From the NCBI GenBank assembly GCA_031270275.1, contig JAISXZ010000166.1:1-51017 (forward strand): DNA of 51,017 nucleotides. Reading direction: 5' to 3'. Origin of the DNA: Eubacteriales Family XIII. Incertae Sedis bacterium. GTDB taxonomy: Bacteria > Bacillota > Clostridia > Peptostreptococcales > Anaerovoracaceae. Below are positions 18,500 through 27,691 of this stretch, in pieces. The position numbers were made by a program, and so were the translations under genes. Position 1 is the stretch's first letter; every line of letters starts with the position of its first letter. Under the pieces are notes generated by a model. The model searched no databases, was not told the DNA's origin, and saw nothing but the letters and a program-made list of their open reading frames with translations.

Positions 18500-19518
18500 G
18501 GATTGTAGGGATTGTGGACGCTTCCTGCCCCGGCCACGGCGGGGACACGGCGGCCCGCCTTATGGGCGCGGCCGCAAGGGCGGGCGCCTGCGGCGGGGGC
18601 GCCGAGGCCTCGCTCTGGTGCATGGCGGACGGCGGGCCGGCGCCGCGGCGGCCCTGGCCCGCCGGCAGGGTCGTGATCGCGGAGGGCGCGTCTGCGGCCG
18701 CCGGGGCGTCAGGCCACTGCCCGGAGGCGCCGCTGAAGGCGCTGGAGGCCCTCGTCCGCGAGCACAGGCCTGATCTTCTGCTTTTCCCCGCCGACCGCGC
18801 GGGGCGGGAACTCGCGGTCCGCCTGTCGGCGCGGGCGGGCATCCCCTGCTCGCTCGACGTGCCTGATCTGGCGCCCGACGGGGATCGGCTGCTCCTTTTC
18901 CGGGAGATATACAACGGAAACCTGGAGGCCGTTTTCCCCTGCGAAACGCCCCATATCCTCACGCTGAGGCTTTCGGGCTTCGAACCCGCCGCGCCCTTCG
19001 CCGATCCTGAGATCGTCCGCGTCCGCGCGGAGGCGGGCGGCGACGCGCCCTGCGTGTGCAGAAACGTGCTTGTCGAGGCCGTCGAGCCGGAAAAGGGGCT
19101 CGAGGACGCCGGGCTTGTGGTCGTATGCGGCGCGGGCTTCGCCTCCGAGAGCGCCATGGAGCAGGCAAACGCGCTCGCGGGCGCACTAGGGGGCGTCGTC
19201 GCGGGGACGCGCCCCGTGGGGATTGACGGCAGGGTCCCGCCGTCCCGGATCGTCGGGATCTCGGGGACGCAGATACAGCCCAGGCTATGCCTCGTGCTCG
19301 GCGCCTCCGGCGCCAGGGCCTTCGCGGTCGGCATATACGGGAGCGCCTGCATCGTGGGCGTGAATACGGACGCCCAGGCGCCGCTGTTCAAAAGCTGCGA
19401 CGCGGCCGCGGTCTGCGACGCGGGCGAGTTTGCGCGGGCGCTGACGGACATCGTGTCATCGAAAGGGAAGCGAGGTGGGGCGGATGCCCGTGATCCCCGG
19501 CGAATGTCTCAGGGATGA
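18496..19518 (+). CDS. divergent electron-transfer-flavoprotein alpha-subunit-like protein
   Basis: The C-terminal VGISGTQIQPRLCLVLGASGARAFAVGI..IVGVNTDAQAPLF aligns with the EtfA FAD-binding region, but the GISGAxQH signature is degenerate. Ala/Gly/Arg-rich. Confidence 0.6.
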   Translation: MRIVGIVDASCPGHGGDTAARLMGAAARAGACGGGAEASLWCMADGGPAPRRPWPAGRVVIAEGASAAAGASGHCPEAPLKALEALVREHRPDLLLFPADRAGRELAVRLSARAGIPCSLDVPDLAPDGDRLLLFREIYNGNLEAVFPCETPHILTLRLSGFEPAAPFADPEIVRVRAEAGGDAPCVCRNVLVEAVEPEKGLEDAGLVVVCGAGFASESAMEQANALAGALGGVVAGTRPVGIDGRVPPSRIVGISGTQIQPRLCLVLGASGARAFAVGIYGSACIVGVNTDAQAPLFKSCDAAAVCDAGEFARALTDIVSSKGKRGGADARDPRRMSQG

Positions 19519-20950
19519 ATCCCTCTATTCGGGCCGCTGCGACGCGTATCGCGGCGTGTCCTCGGCCGATGAGCTGGGGGCGCTTCTGGACGGGGATCTG
19601 CCCGTAACGGTGCAGGGCGCCCGAACGGGAATCGCGGGCGCCGCCGTTCCCGAGGGTGGCTGCGTCTGCGACATGGGCGCCTTCGCCGGAATCGAGGCCT
19701 TGGGGGAGAGCGGGGGCAGGTTCTTCATTGACGCGCTGGCGGGGACGACCCTCGGCGATCTGATCGCGGCGACGGAAAAGGGAGGCCGCTTCGCGGGCTA
19801 TTTCTTCGCCCCCGACCCGACCGAGCGCGGCGCGACGCTCGGCGGCCTCTGCGCCACAAACGCGGGCGGGCCCTCGTCCCTTCTGTACGGCCGCATGGCG
19901 GACCACGTTGCGGAGGCGGCTCTCAGGCTCGCGGACGGCAGATCCCTGACGCTGAAAAGGGGGGACTGCGTGTTCGGCGGGGACGGAAGCGTCGCCCTGC
20001 CCTGGGGTGAGGGTTTCCGGCTGCCCTTCCCCGAATCGCCGCCTCGGATCGCGGGCATGGATATAGGGGAGGGCAGCGATCTGCTCGACGTCTTCATGGG
20101 GAGCGAGGGGATGCTGGGCATATTTGAGCGCCTGAGGCTGGGCCTGATCAAAAGGCCTGCGGCGAGCTGGGGACTGGCCTTTTTCTTCGGCGACGGGGAA
20201 ATGTCCGGCGCCTTCGCGGACGCCGTTGCCGACCGCGCGCGGGGCTGGGAGGGGGGCGCCCTGTCGGCCTTGGAATACCTTGATCGTTCGTCCCTGACGC
20301 TGTACTCAGGCCATCGCTCGCAGTCCTCCGCCCTGCGGGCCGCGCCCGAGCCGCCGCAGGGCCTCTGCGCGGTCATGGCGGGGCTGATCGCCGATTCGGA
20401 CGCCCGCGCCTACGAGCTGCTCGAGGAAATGCTGAAAATCGCCGGGGAATTCGGTTGCGGGGACGAGGATTCGTGGGCGGTGAACGACGCCGTAGGGAAG
20501 GAGCGCCTTCGCCTGCTGCGGCACGGCGTCCCGGAGGCCGTCAACGCGCGCGTCAGCCTCAACAGGCGGGGCCTCGGCGCCGTCGTGAAACTCGCCGCAG
20601 ACATCACGCTTCCGTCACTGAGCCGCGCGGAGGCCCTTTCCGAGATACATCGCCTTCTCGACTCGGGCGGGATCGCGCACGCGGTCTTCGGGCACGTCGG
20701 GGGCAAGGGCCTTCATATAAACCTGCTCCCGGAGGACGAGGCCCAGCTGGAAAGGGCGGGCGGGCTCTACGGCGCGCTCATGGAAATGGCCCTGTCGTCC
20801 GGCGGGCTGATCGCGGCGGAAAACGGCGTGGGCAAGCTGAAGCGCGGCCTACTGAAACGCTATCTGGCAAAGGATCGGCTCGAGGGCATGGCCTCGCTCA
20901 AACAGCGCTTCGATCCGCGCGGAAGGCTGAACCCCGGCAACATGACCTGA
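19484..20950 (+). CDS. FAD-linked oxidase (GlcD/D-lactate dehydrogenase-like), divergent
   Basis: VTVQGARTGIAGAAVP, GHVGGKGLHINLL and AENGVGKLK correspond to GlcD-family motifs, with the usual GEHG replaced by AENG. Start uncertain (ATG 19484 or 19475). Confidence 0.65.
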   Translation: MPVIPGECLRDESLYSGRCDAYRGVSSADELGALLDGDLPVTVQGARTGIAGAAVPEGGCVCDMGAFAGIEALGESGGRFFIDALAGTTLGDLIAATEKGGRFAGYFFAPDPTERGATLGGLCATNAGGPSSLLYGRMADHVAEAALRLADGRSLTLKRGDCVFGGDGSVALPWGEGFRLPFPESPPRIAGMDIGEGSDLLDVFMGSEGMLGIFERLRLGLIKRPAASWGLAFFFGDGEMSGAFADAVADRARGWEGGALSALEYLDRSSLTLYSGHRSQSSALRAAPEPPQGLCAVMAGLIADSDARAYELLEEMLKIAGEFGCGDEDSWAVNDAVGKERLRLLRHGVPEAVNARVSLNRRGLGAVVKLAADITLPSLSRAEALSEIHRLLDSGGIAHAVFGHVGGKGLHINLLPEDEAQLERAGGLYGALMEMALSSGGLIAAENGVGKLKRGLLKRYLAKDRLEGMASLKQRFDPRGRLNPGNMT

Positions 20951-21020
20951 TGCGGCGGGGCGGCAGAAAATGCTTGCTGATCACCTATTTTTATCGGGAC
21001 TACCGTAGAGGGAGGATGCC

Positions 21021-22109
21021 ATGTCACAGAGAAGGACGCTGGTGCTGCCCGGAAGGATCGTGCTGGGGCGCGGCGCGCTGGGAGAGCTTGGCGGGTACGC
21101 GGCCATGTATGGCGGGAGGGCGCTGCTGATCGCGCACGCGGAGGACAGGGCCCGCGTGAAGGGCGTTCTCGACGAGACCGCAAAGCGCTTCGGCGTAGAG
21201 TTCGCGGAGGCGGATTTTCCCGGCGAATGCTGCGAAAGCGCCGTCGCCGCCCTGAAAAAACAGTGCCTGGACCTGGATGCCGGGCTTGTGATAGGGCTCG
21301 GCGGCGGTAAGGGGATCGATACGGCTAAGATCATAGCGGATCACCTGGATCTGCCCATGTTCTCGGTCCCCACGATAGCGGCGACGGACGCGCCGTGCAG
21401 CTCGCTGGCGATCATGTACGACGACGAGCACCGTTTTGTGGGGCCCAGGCAGCTCAGGCGCAATCCGGCGCTGGTGCTCATCGACACGGAGATCATCGCC
21501 CAGGCGCCGGAGCGCTTCCTCGTGTCGGGCATGGGCGACGCGTTCCCCACCTTCTTCGAGGCGCGAGCGTGCCGCAGGGCAAACGCCCAAAGCAACGGCG
21601 GGCTGAGCACGCTCTGCGCCTACAGCCTCGCGAGGCTATGCCTCGACACCCTGCTTGAAAAGGGCGAGGAGGCCCTGATCGCCTGCCGGAACGGGATCGT
21701 CACCCCCGCGTTCGAGGACATAGTGGAGGTCAACATCGTGATGAGCGGGATAGGCTTCGAGAGCGTCGGCGTCGCGGCGGCGCACGGCCTCGCGGGCTCC
21801 CTGGAGTTTCTCGGCGCCACGAGGGCCATGCATGGGGAGATCGTGGCCTTCGGCGCGCTTGCGCAGTTCGTCCTCGAGGACGCGCCGCGCGAGGAGATAC
21901 GCGCCGCCATCGACTTTTACAGGCGCGTCGGCCTGCCCCTGCGCCTGTCCGATCTCGGGATCGGGAATCCCGCGCCGGAGGCGCTCGATCAGGCCGCAGA
22001 GCTCGCCTGCGCCCCCGGCTCCGTCGTGCACAACATGCCGTTCGACGTCACGCCCGGCATGATACGCTCCTCAATCGTCGCGGCCGACAGGCTTGCGGAC
22101 ATATTCTGA
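21021..22109 (+). CDS. gldA: glycerol dehydrogenase-family (iron/zinc alcohol dehydrogenase) enzyme
   Basis: GGGKGIDTAKIIA..VPTIAATDAPCSSLAIMYDDEHRF parallels GldA GGGKTLDTAK..PTIASTDAPCS. GGGAGG RBS. Confidence 0.8.
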   Translation: MSQRRTLVLPGRIVLGRGALGELGGYAAMYGGRALLIAHAEDRARVKGVLDETAKRFGVEFAEADFPGECCESAVAALKKQCLDLDAGLVIGLGGGKGIDTAKIIADHLDLPMFSVPTIAATDAPCSSLAIMYDDEHRFVGPRQLRRNPALVLIDTEIIAQAPERFLVSGMGDAFPTFFEARACRRANAQSNGGLSTLCAYSLARLCLDTLLEKGEEALIACRNGIVTPAFEDIVEVNIVMSGIGFESVGVAAAHGLAGSLEFLGATRAMHGEIVAFGALAQFVLEDAPREEIRAAIDFYRRVGLPLRLSDLGIGNPAPEALDQAAELACAPGSVVHNMPFDVTPGMIRSSIVAADRLADIF

Positions 22110-22128
22110 TGTAAGGAGGCATGAGAAA

Positions 22129-22908
22129 ATGAACGAGAAAATGCAGGGTTTTTCCATCGACTTTTTCAGCCTGAAGGGAAAGGTCGCGATCATCACCGGG
22201 GGGAACACCAATCTCGGCCTGGGCTATTCGACGGCCTTCGCGAAGGTGGGCGCGGATCTTTTCATCCCGCATCTCATAGACGACGTCGCGGAGGTCAGGG
22301 AAATAGCCGAAAAGGAGGGCCGCCGCATCGAATTTCTGAAGGGGGATCTGACCGACGAGGCGTACAGGAAGGAGGTCATCGCAAAATGCCTTGAAACATA
22401 CGGGAAGATCGATATCCTCGTCAACAACGCCGGCATGAACGTGTTCGGCGATTTCCAGACCTATCCGAACAGCCTTTTCGCGAAGATCGTCGAGCTGAAC
22501 CAGAATACATGCTACTATTTCGGCAGGGAGGTCTCGCTTGAGATGATCAAGCAGGGCTACGGCAAGATCATCAACATCGGTTCCGCGCTTTCGTTTACGG
22601 CGGATGAACGCAGCATGCCCTATGTCATCTCAAAGCACGGCGTGGTCGGCATAACGCGGGATTTCGCGAACGAGCTCGGGAAGTTCAACATCCAGTGCAA
22701 CGCGATCTGTCCGGGCTTCTTCGCGACGGAGATCAACGCCGACATCGATCCCGTCATCTACGAGCGGATCGCGAAGCGGCTGCCACAGGGGAGATGGGGC
22801 GACCCCGCGGATCTGATGGGGCCTGCGGTCTTTCTCGCGAGCAGGGCCTCGGACTACGTCAACGGCTGGCTGCTCAACGTCGACGGGGGCTTTACGTGCG
22901 TCATCTGA
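22129..22908 (+). CDS. SDR-family oxidoreductase (KduD/FabG-like)
   Basis: GKVAIITGGNTNLGLG cofactor motif and YVISKHGVVG (YxxxK). AAGGAGG RBS lies 10 nt before ATG 22129. Confidence 0.85.
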   Translation: MNEKMQGFSIDFFSLKGKVAIITGGNTNLGLGYSTAFAKVGADLFIPHLIDDVAEVREIAEKEGRRIEFLKGDLTDEAYRKEVIAKCLETYGKIDILVNNAGMNVFGDFQTYPNSLFAKIVELNQNTCYYFGREVSLEMIKQGYGKIINIGSALSFTADERSMPYVISKHGVVGITRDFANELGKFNIQCNAICPGFFATEINADIDPVIYERIAKRLPQGRWGDPADLMGPAVFLASRASDYVNGWLLNVDGGFTCVI

Positions 22909-22930
22909 CATGGGCGGGGATGGAATAAGG

Positions 22931-23713
22931 ATGCTCGTCCTGGTCAAACAGGTCCCGGATATGGAGCATGTGCGCTTCGACGCCGAGCGCGGGGCGATTG
23001 ACCGGGCTTCGGCGGGCGTGGAGATCAATCCCTTCGACCTGAACGCGCTAGAGGCGGCGCGATGGATCGTATCCAGCATCGGCGGCTCGTTCTCGGCCCT
23101 CTCGATGGGGCCCGAGTCCGCCGAGGCGGCGCTGAGGGATGCCGTGGCCCTTGGCGCCTCGGGGGCTACGCTCCTGACGCACGCCGCCTTTCGGGGCGCC
23201 GATACGCTTTCGACCGCAAGGACTCTCGCCGCCGCGATCAGGAAGCTCGGCCCCTTCGACCTTGTGATAGCCGGGGAGAAAAGCGTCGATAGCGACACGG
23301 GGCAGGTGGGCGCGATGACGGCCGGCCTCCTGGGGATCGCCTGCGTTACGGGCGTCGAGCGCGTAAGGGGGACAAGCGGCGACAGGATGCTGCTGTCGGC
23401 GGAGCGCTGGGGCAGATCCTGCGACTTTGAGCTGCGCTATCCGGGGCTGATCACGGTGACGAAGAACCTGAACACGCCGGCGCCGGCGTCTCTGTCCGGG
23501 AAGCTGCGGGCGGCAAAAACGCCGATAGCGAGGATGGGGCTCGAGGAGCTCGGGCTTTCCGTCGAAACGGTGGGGGCGGCCGGATCGCCCACCCGCGTGG
23601 TGAAGGTCACAATACCCGGCGAGCCCGGCAGGGACGGGGCTAAATGGGAGGGGGACCTCCCTGCGGCCCTGGACGAGCTTTCAAAGGCCCTGGCTGCTAG
23701 GAGGATCGTATGA
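22931..23713 (+). CDS. etfB: electron transfer flavoprotein subunit beta
   Basis: Canonical MLVLVKQVPD start and INPFDLNALEAA motif. The stop overlaps the etfA start. Confidence 0.85.
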   Translation: MLVLVKQVPDMEHVRFDAERGAIDRASAGVEINPFDLNALEAARWIVSSIGGSFSALSMGPESAEAALRDAVALGASGATLLTHAAFRGADTLSTARTLAAAIRKLGPFDLVIAGEKSVDSDTGQVGAMTAGLLGIACVTGVERVRGTSGDRMLLSAERWGRSCDFELRYPGLITVTKNLNTPAPASLSGKLRAAKTPIARMGLEELGLSVETVGAAGSPTRVVKVTIPGEPGRDGAKWEGDLPAALDELSKALAARRIV

Positions 23714-24711
23714 GGCGCCCTTCGGGCAGAGCGGGCGGGGAAATCCTGGCTCTCGCCGAGCAGCGTTTCGGCGCCATACACCGGATCAGCTACGAGCTGC
23801 TGGCTGCCGGCGCGACGCTGGCGGCCAGGGGCGGCCTGTCCTGCGCGCTGCTCGCCCCTCCCGGCCTTCCCGCGGACGAGCTGATCCGGCGCGGCGCCGA
23901 CCGCCTGTACTATCTGGAGCACGGGCGCTTCGCCCTGCCCGAGGAGGACATGCATATCGCAAACCTCGTCGCGCTGATGCGGCGGATCCGCCCCCGCATC
24001 TGCCTCATAGGCGCCACGGAATTCGGCCGCGCGCTCGCATCCGGCGCCGCCGCCGCTTTGGGGGCCGGGCTGACGGCGGACTGCGTGGGGCTGGAGATCG
24101 GGGAGAACGGGAACATCCTGCAGATCAGGCCGGCCTTCAACGATCACGTTCTCGCCGCGATTGAAACCGTCTCCGCATTTCGGATCGCGACCGTCCGTTA
24201 CCGGGAATACGAGGAAATGCCGCGCGGCCGCGAAGGGGCGGGCGAAATTGTCCGCGTCCCGGTCGTCTTCCCCGCAGAGGGCCGCGTCCGCCTCGTCGGG
24301 GCGCCCTCCGCCGAGGGGAAGGACATCTCCGACGCCGAGATCGTCGTTGCCGGCGGCGCCGGACTGGAGGCGCGGGACATCCCCCTGCTCGAACGCCTGG
24401 CCGTCGCGCTGGGCGGCGTGGTCGCCGGCAGCCGGAGAAGCGTGGAGCTCGGCCTTCTTCCGCCCTCGGCGCAGGTGGGCTACAGCGGCAGGCGCGTAAA
24501 GCCCAGGCTCTACGTCGCCTGCGGGATATCGGGCGCGCCGCAGCATCTGTCCGGCATGAACGGCGCCGAGTACGTGGTCGCCGTGAACAAGGACGCGGGC
24601 GCGAATATCTTCCGCCATTCGGATTTCGGGATCGTCGGGGATTTCAGGGACGTGGCGCCGCCGATGATCGACATGTTCGCGGCCGCCCGAAGGACGGGCG
24701 CCGGTCAGTAG
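23710..24711 (+). CDS. etfA: electron transfer flavoprotein subunit alpha
   Basis: Canonical YVACGISGAPQHLSGM..VVAVNKDAGANIF..FGIVGDF FAD-binding region. AGGAGG RBS. Confidence 0.85.
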   Translation: MRRPSGRAGGEILALAEQRFGAIHRISYELLAAGATLAARGGLSCALLAPPGLPADELIRRGADRLYYLEHGRFALPEEDMHIANLVALMRRIRPRICLIGATEFGRALASGAAAALGAGLTADCVGLEIGENGNILQIRPAFNDHVLAAIETVSAFRIATVRYREYEEMPRGREGAGEIVRVPVVFPAEGRVRLVGAPSAEGKDISDAEIVVAGGAGLEARDIPLLERLAVALGGVVAGSRRSVELGLLPPSAQVGYSGRRVKPRLYVACGISGAPQHLSGMNGAEYVVAVNKDAGANIFRHSDFGIVGDFRDVAPPMIDMFAAARRTGAGQ

Positions 24712-25631
24712 TAGCTGACCCTGCGGTTGCCGGAGATGACGGAGCTCTGCACGTCGGCGATGATCTTCGTATCGATGGCGCTCTCGAGCAGGCGGGCCAT
24801 GCCGTAGTTGTCGCTGTTCACCAGGATGACCGGCGTGATGACGTCGGAATCCAGCTCGGGGATCGAGATGCTGATGGAAAAACAGGCCGGCAGCGGGTCT
24901 TCCACGATGTCTCCCCTCTGGACAAGCACGTCTATCTCCCCGTTCGCGAGCATCTTAAGGCAGTTGTGGTAGTTTTCGTGCTTTCTGGTCACCTTTTTCC
25001 CCTTGCACAGAAGCTCGGTTATGTAGCTCTGCTCGATGGCCGCGTCGTAGATGCCGACGCAGAGGCCGTCCTCTATCGATTCGATGTCGCCGCGCATCGT
25101 GCAGAGCCGGTAGGGAGTGCAGTACCGCGCGCCTTCCAGCTCCAGCGCGACGGAGATATTGGGGTATTTCTCGGCATAGATCTTCGAGGCCAGCCTCGAG
25201 GTGACGATAAAATGGCAGCGCCCGTTTGAAAGCAGGGCGAAACGCACGCTCGCGGGCACCATAAAGCCCAGGTTGAGCGGCAGGTTCGTATGGTTTATCG
25301 CCTCGGCGAACCCGGTAAAGAGCGCGCCGTGGATGAGGCTGGACGGTATCGGCGCCAGGCCGAGCAGGGGCTTCCAGTCGGCATGCTCATACAGCAGATC
25401 GTGGTTCAGGTCGTAGACAAAGGTCCCCTTCGGCCCGCGCTTTTCTATGTTCATGCACTGGTTGTTGAGCAAAAACTGTATCGCCCTCTGGATTGTCCAC
25501 CTTGAACAGGAAAAGGTCTTCTCGTATTCCGAAATGGTGGTCATGCTGTCCCCTTCGGACAGCGCCAGGAGATCGCGGGCGATCCTGCGGATCGTTATGC
25601 CGTTTTTTTGTAGAAACCTGCTGTTTTCCAT
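24705..25631 (-). CDS. YhfZ-like/GntR-type HTH transcriptional regulator (putative)
   Basis: N-terminal HTH-like segment ISEYEKTFSCSRWTIQRAIQFLLNN, followed by a substrate-binding-protein-like domain of about 230 aa. Lower GC than its neighbours. Start ambiguous (ATG 25631 or 25646). Confidence 0.5.
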   Translation of the reverse strand: MENSRFLQKNGITIRRIARDLLALSEGDSMTTISEYEKTFSCSRWTIQRAIQFLLNNQCMNIEKRGPKGTFVYDLNHDLLYEHADWKPLLGLAPIPSSLIHGALFTGFAEAINHTNLPLNLGFMVPASVRFALLSNGRCHFIVTSRLASKIYAEKYPNISVALELEGARYCTPYRLCTMRGDIESIEDGLCVGIYDAAIEQSYITELLCKGKKVTRKHENYHNCLKMLANGEIDVLVQRGDIVEDPLPACFSISISIPELDSDVITPVILVNSDNYGMARLLESAIDTKIIADVQSSVISGNRRVSYY

Positions 25632-25711
25632 TTGGAAGATCCTCATACCGAAACGGGAAAGTTCCCTATTGATTATCATACCATAAATACTAGGCGTCGG
25701 CAAAAAAACAT

Positions 25712-25740
25712 TTGACAGCCGGGCGCCGTTTGGTTATACT
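25712..25740 (+). promoter_or_regulatory. sigma70 promoter of the leu leader
   Basis: TTGACA (25712-25717), 17-nt spacer, TATACT (25735-25740). Confidence 0.6.
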
Positions 25741-25746
25741 GTTCTC

Positions 25747-26036
25747 ATACAAAACAGAACTGCAAATGCTATGACGGGGCTTCGCCTCCCCTAGGAAACG
25801 TCGCAGAGAGCCGGCGGCAGCTGAAAAGCCGGCACGTTTCGGGGAATGGCGGTCTCCCCCCCGAGCAGGGTTTCCGAACGGGCCGCGCGCCCCTTTAAGA
25901 AGCCTCGGACGGCCCCGTAACCATGGCCAAGGATTTGTTGGAATCCGATGAGCAGGCCGGCGCGTAAGCCGGCAAGCAGGGTGGTACCGCGGTAGGATTA
26001 TCGTCCCTGAAGCATAAGGGCTTCGGGGTTTTTTGT
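25747..26036 (+). promoter_or_regulatory. T-box leader (tRNA-sensing riboswitch) upstream of leuA
   Basis: AGAGAG bulge (25805-25810), GCTGAAAA distal-loop-like sequence, conserved T-box AGGGTGGTACCGCG at 25978-25991, then a terminator hairpin with a U-tract. Confidence 0.8.
26005..26034 (+). terminator. T-box terminator helix
   Basis: CCCTGAAGC (26005-26013) pairs with GCTTCGGGG (26020-28), followed by T6 (26029-26034). Confidence 0.75.
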
Positions 26037-26117
26037 TTCTGCCGGCAATGGACTGCGCGCGTGGCGCCCTGCGCCGGCGCGGGAAGGGGGCGGGACATGA
26101 TGGGCGGTGGCGCAAGG

Positions 26118-27629
26118 ATGGTAAGGATCTTCGACACGACGCTGCGCGACGGGGAGCAGTCGCCTGGCTGCAGCATGAACCTGAAGGAAAAGATCGAGAT
26201 GGCGAGGCAGCTCGAGCGGATGAAGGTGGACGTGATAGAGGCCGGCTTCGCCATATCGTCGCAGGGCGACTTCGTATCCGTCAAGACGATAGCCGAGACG
26301 CTGAAGGACTGCACGGTGGCCAGCCTCGCCCGCGCGAACGAGAAGGACATAGACAGGGCGTGGGAGGCGGTCAAGGGCGCAGCGGATCCGCGCATACACC
26401 TCTTTATAGCCACCTCGCCGCTGCACATGGAGTACAAGCTGCAGATGAAGCCCGACGAGGTGTACGAAAAGGCCGTGGCCATGACGGCGCGGGCCGCGAG
26501 GTACTGCGGCAACGTCGAGTTCTCGGCCGAGGACTCGACGCGCAGCGACATGGCCTTCCTGGCCCGCGTGATAGAGGGCGTAATAGCGGCGGGCGCGACG
26601 ACCGTCAACCTGCCCGACACCGTGGGCTACAGCATGCCCGACGAGCACTACAGGTTTTTCGTCAAGATAAGGGAGCTGGCGCCGTCGTTGGAGAAGGTCG
26701 CCATATCGTCGCACTGCCACAACGATCTCGGGCTTGCGGCGGCCAATTCCCTCGCGGCGATCATGGGCGGCGCCACCCAGGTCGAATGCACGGTCAACGG
26801 CATAGGGGAGCGCGCAGGGAACGCGGCCATGGAGGAGATAGTCATGGCGCTGCACACGAGGAAGGCGTACTATGGGGCCGAAACGCGCATAGCCACCTCG
26901 GAGATCGCCCGCTCGTCCGGCCTGCTGAGCAGGATAACGGGCGTCAAGGTCCAGCCCAACAAGGCCATAGTGGGCGAAAACGCGTTCGCGCACGAGGCGG
27001 GCATACACCAGCATGGCGTGCTGGTGAACAGGGAGACCTACGAGATAATGACGCCTGAGTCCGTCGGCCTGGTCAAGAACAGCCTCGTTCTCGGCAAGCA
27101 TTCGGGGAAGCACGCCTTCCGCGACAGGGTAAAGGCGCTGGGATACGAGCTTGACGACTCCGAGCTCGAGATCGCCTTCGCAAAGTTCAAGGCGCTTGCG
27201 GACAGGAAAAAAACGGTGTATGACAGGGACATCGAGGCCCTGGTGGCGAAGGAGTCGGTCCAGGTGCCGAAGGCCTACCGCCTCGAAAGCTTCGTGATAA
27301 ACAGCGGCAGCAGGATAACGTCCACCGCCGTCATCAGACTGATCCACGGCGACAGATCCATCGAAAGGGTATCGCGGGGCGAGGGCCCCATAGACGCCGC
27401 CTTCAAGGCCATCGAGAAGATCACGGGCCGCAGGATATCCCTGGACGACTACCAGCTCGGCGCCGTCACCGAGGGCGAGGACGCGCAGGGCGACGCGCTC
27501 GTGAAGCTGAGGACCGAGGGCGGCGAGGTGTTTTCCGGGCGCGGCCTTTCCACGGACGTCATGGAAGCCAGCATACACGCCTGCATAAACGCCGTCAACA
27601 AGATGATCTACGCCGAAAGGGAGCTTTGA
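26118..27629 (+). CDS. leuA: 2-isopropylmalate synthase
   Basis: [17 protein letters not shown] start, HCHNDLGLA motif and a C-terminal LeuA dimerisation/regulatory domain. Confidence 0.95.
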   Translation: MVRIFDTTLRDGEQSPGCSMNLKEKIEMARQLERMKVDVIEAGFAISSQGDFVSVKTIAETLKDCTVASLARANEKDIDRAWEAVKGAADPRIHLFIATSPLHMEYKLQMKPDEVYEKAVAMTARAARYCGNVEFSAEDSTRSDMAFLARVIEGVIAAGATTVNLPDTVGYSMPDEHYRFFVKIRELAPSLEKVAISSHCHNDLGLAAANSLAAIMGGATQVECTVNGIGERAGNAAMEEIVMALHTRKAYYGAETRIATSEIARSSGLLSRITGVKVQPNKAIVGENAFAHEAGIHQHGVLVNRETYEIMTPESVGLVKNSLVLGKHSGKHAFRDRVKALGYELDDSELEIAFAKFKALADRKKTVYDRDIEALVAKESVQVPKAYRLESFVINSGSRITSTAVIRLIHGDRSIERVSRGEGPIDAAFKAIEKITGRRISLDDYQLGAVTEGEDAQGDALVKLRTEGGEVFSGRGLSTDVMEASIHACINAVNKMIYAEREL

Positions 27630-27691
27630 TGCTGCCGGACGAAACTGCCGCGGACGCCGGGCAGTCTCGATTTTAAGGGGGGACAGCTGTT

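Noticed and set aside
25998-27578. 526-aa ORF on the - strand
   Set aside because: It is antisense to leuA, whose identity is unambiguous, and it would run through the T-box terminator. The composition is Arg/Ala/Gly/Pro-rich.
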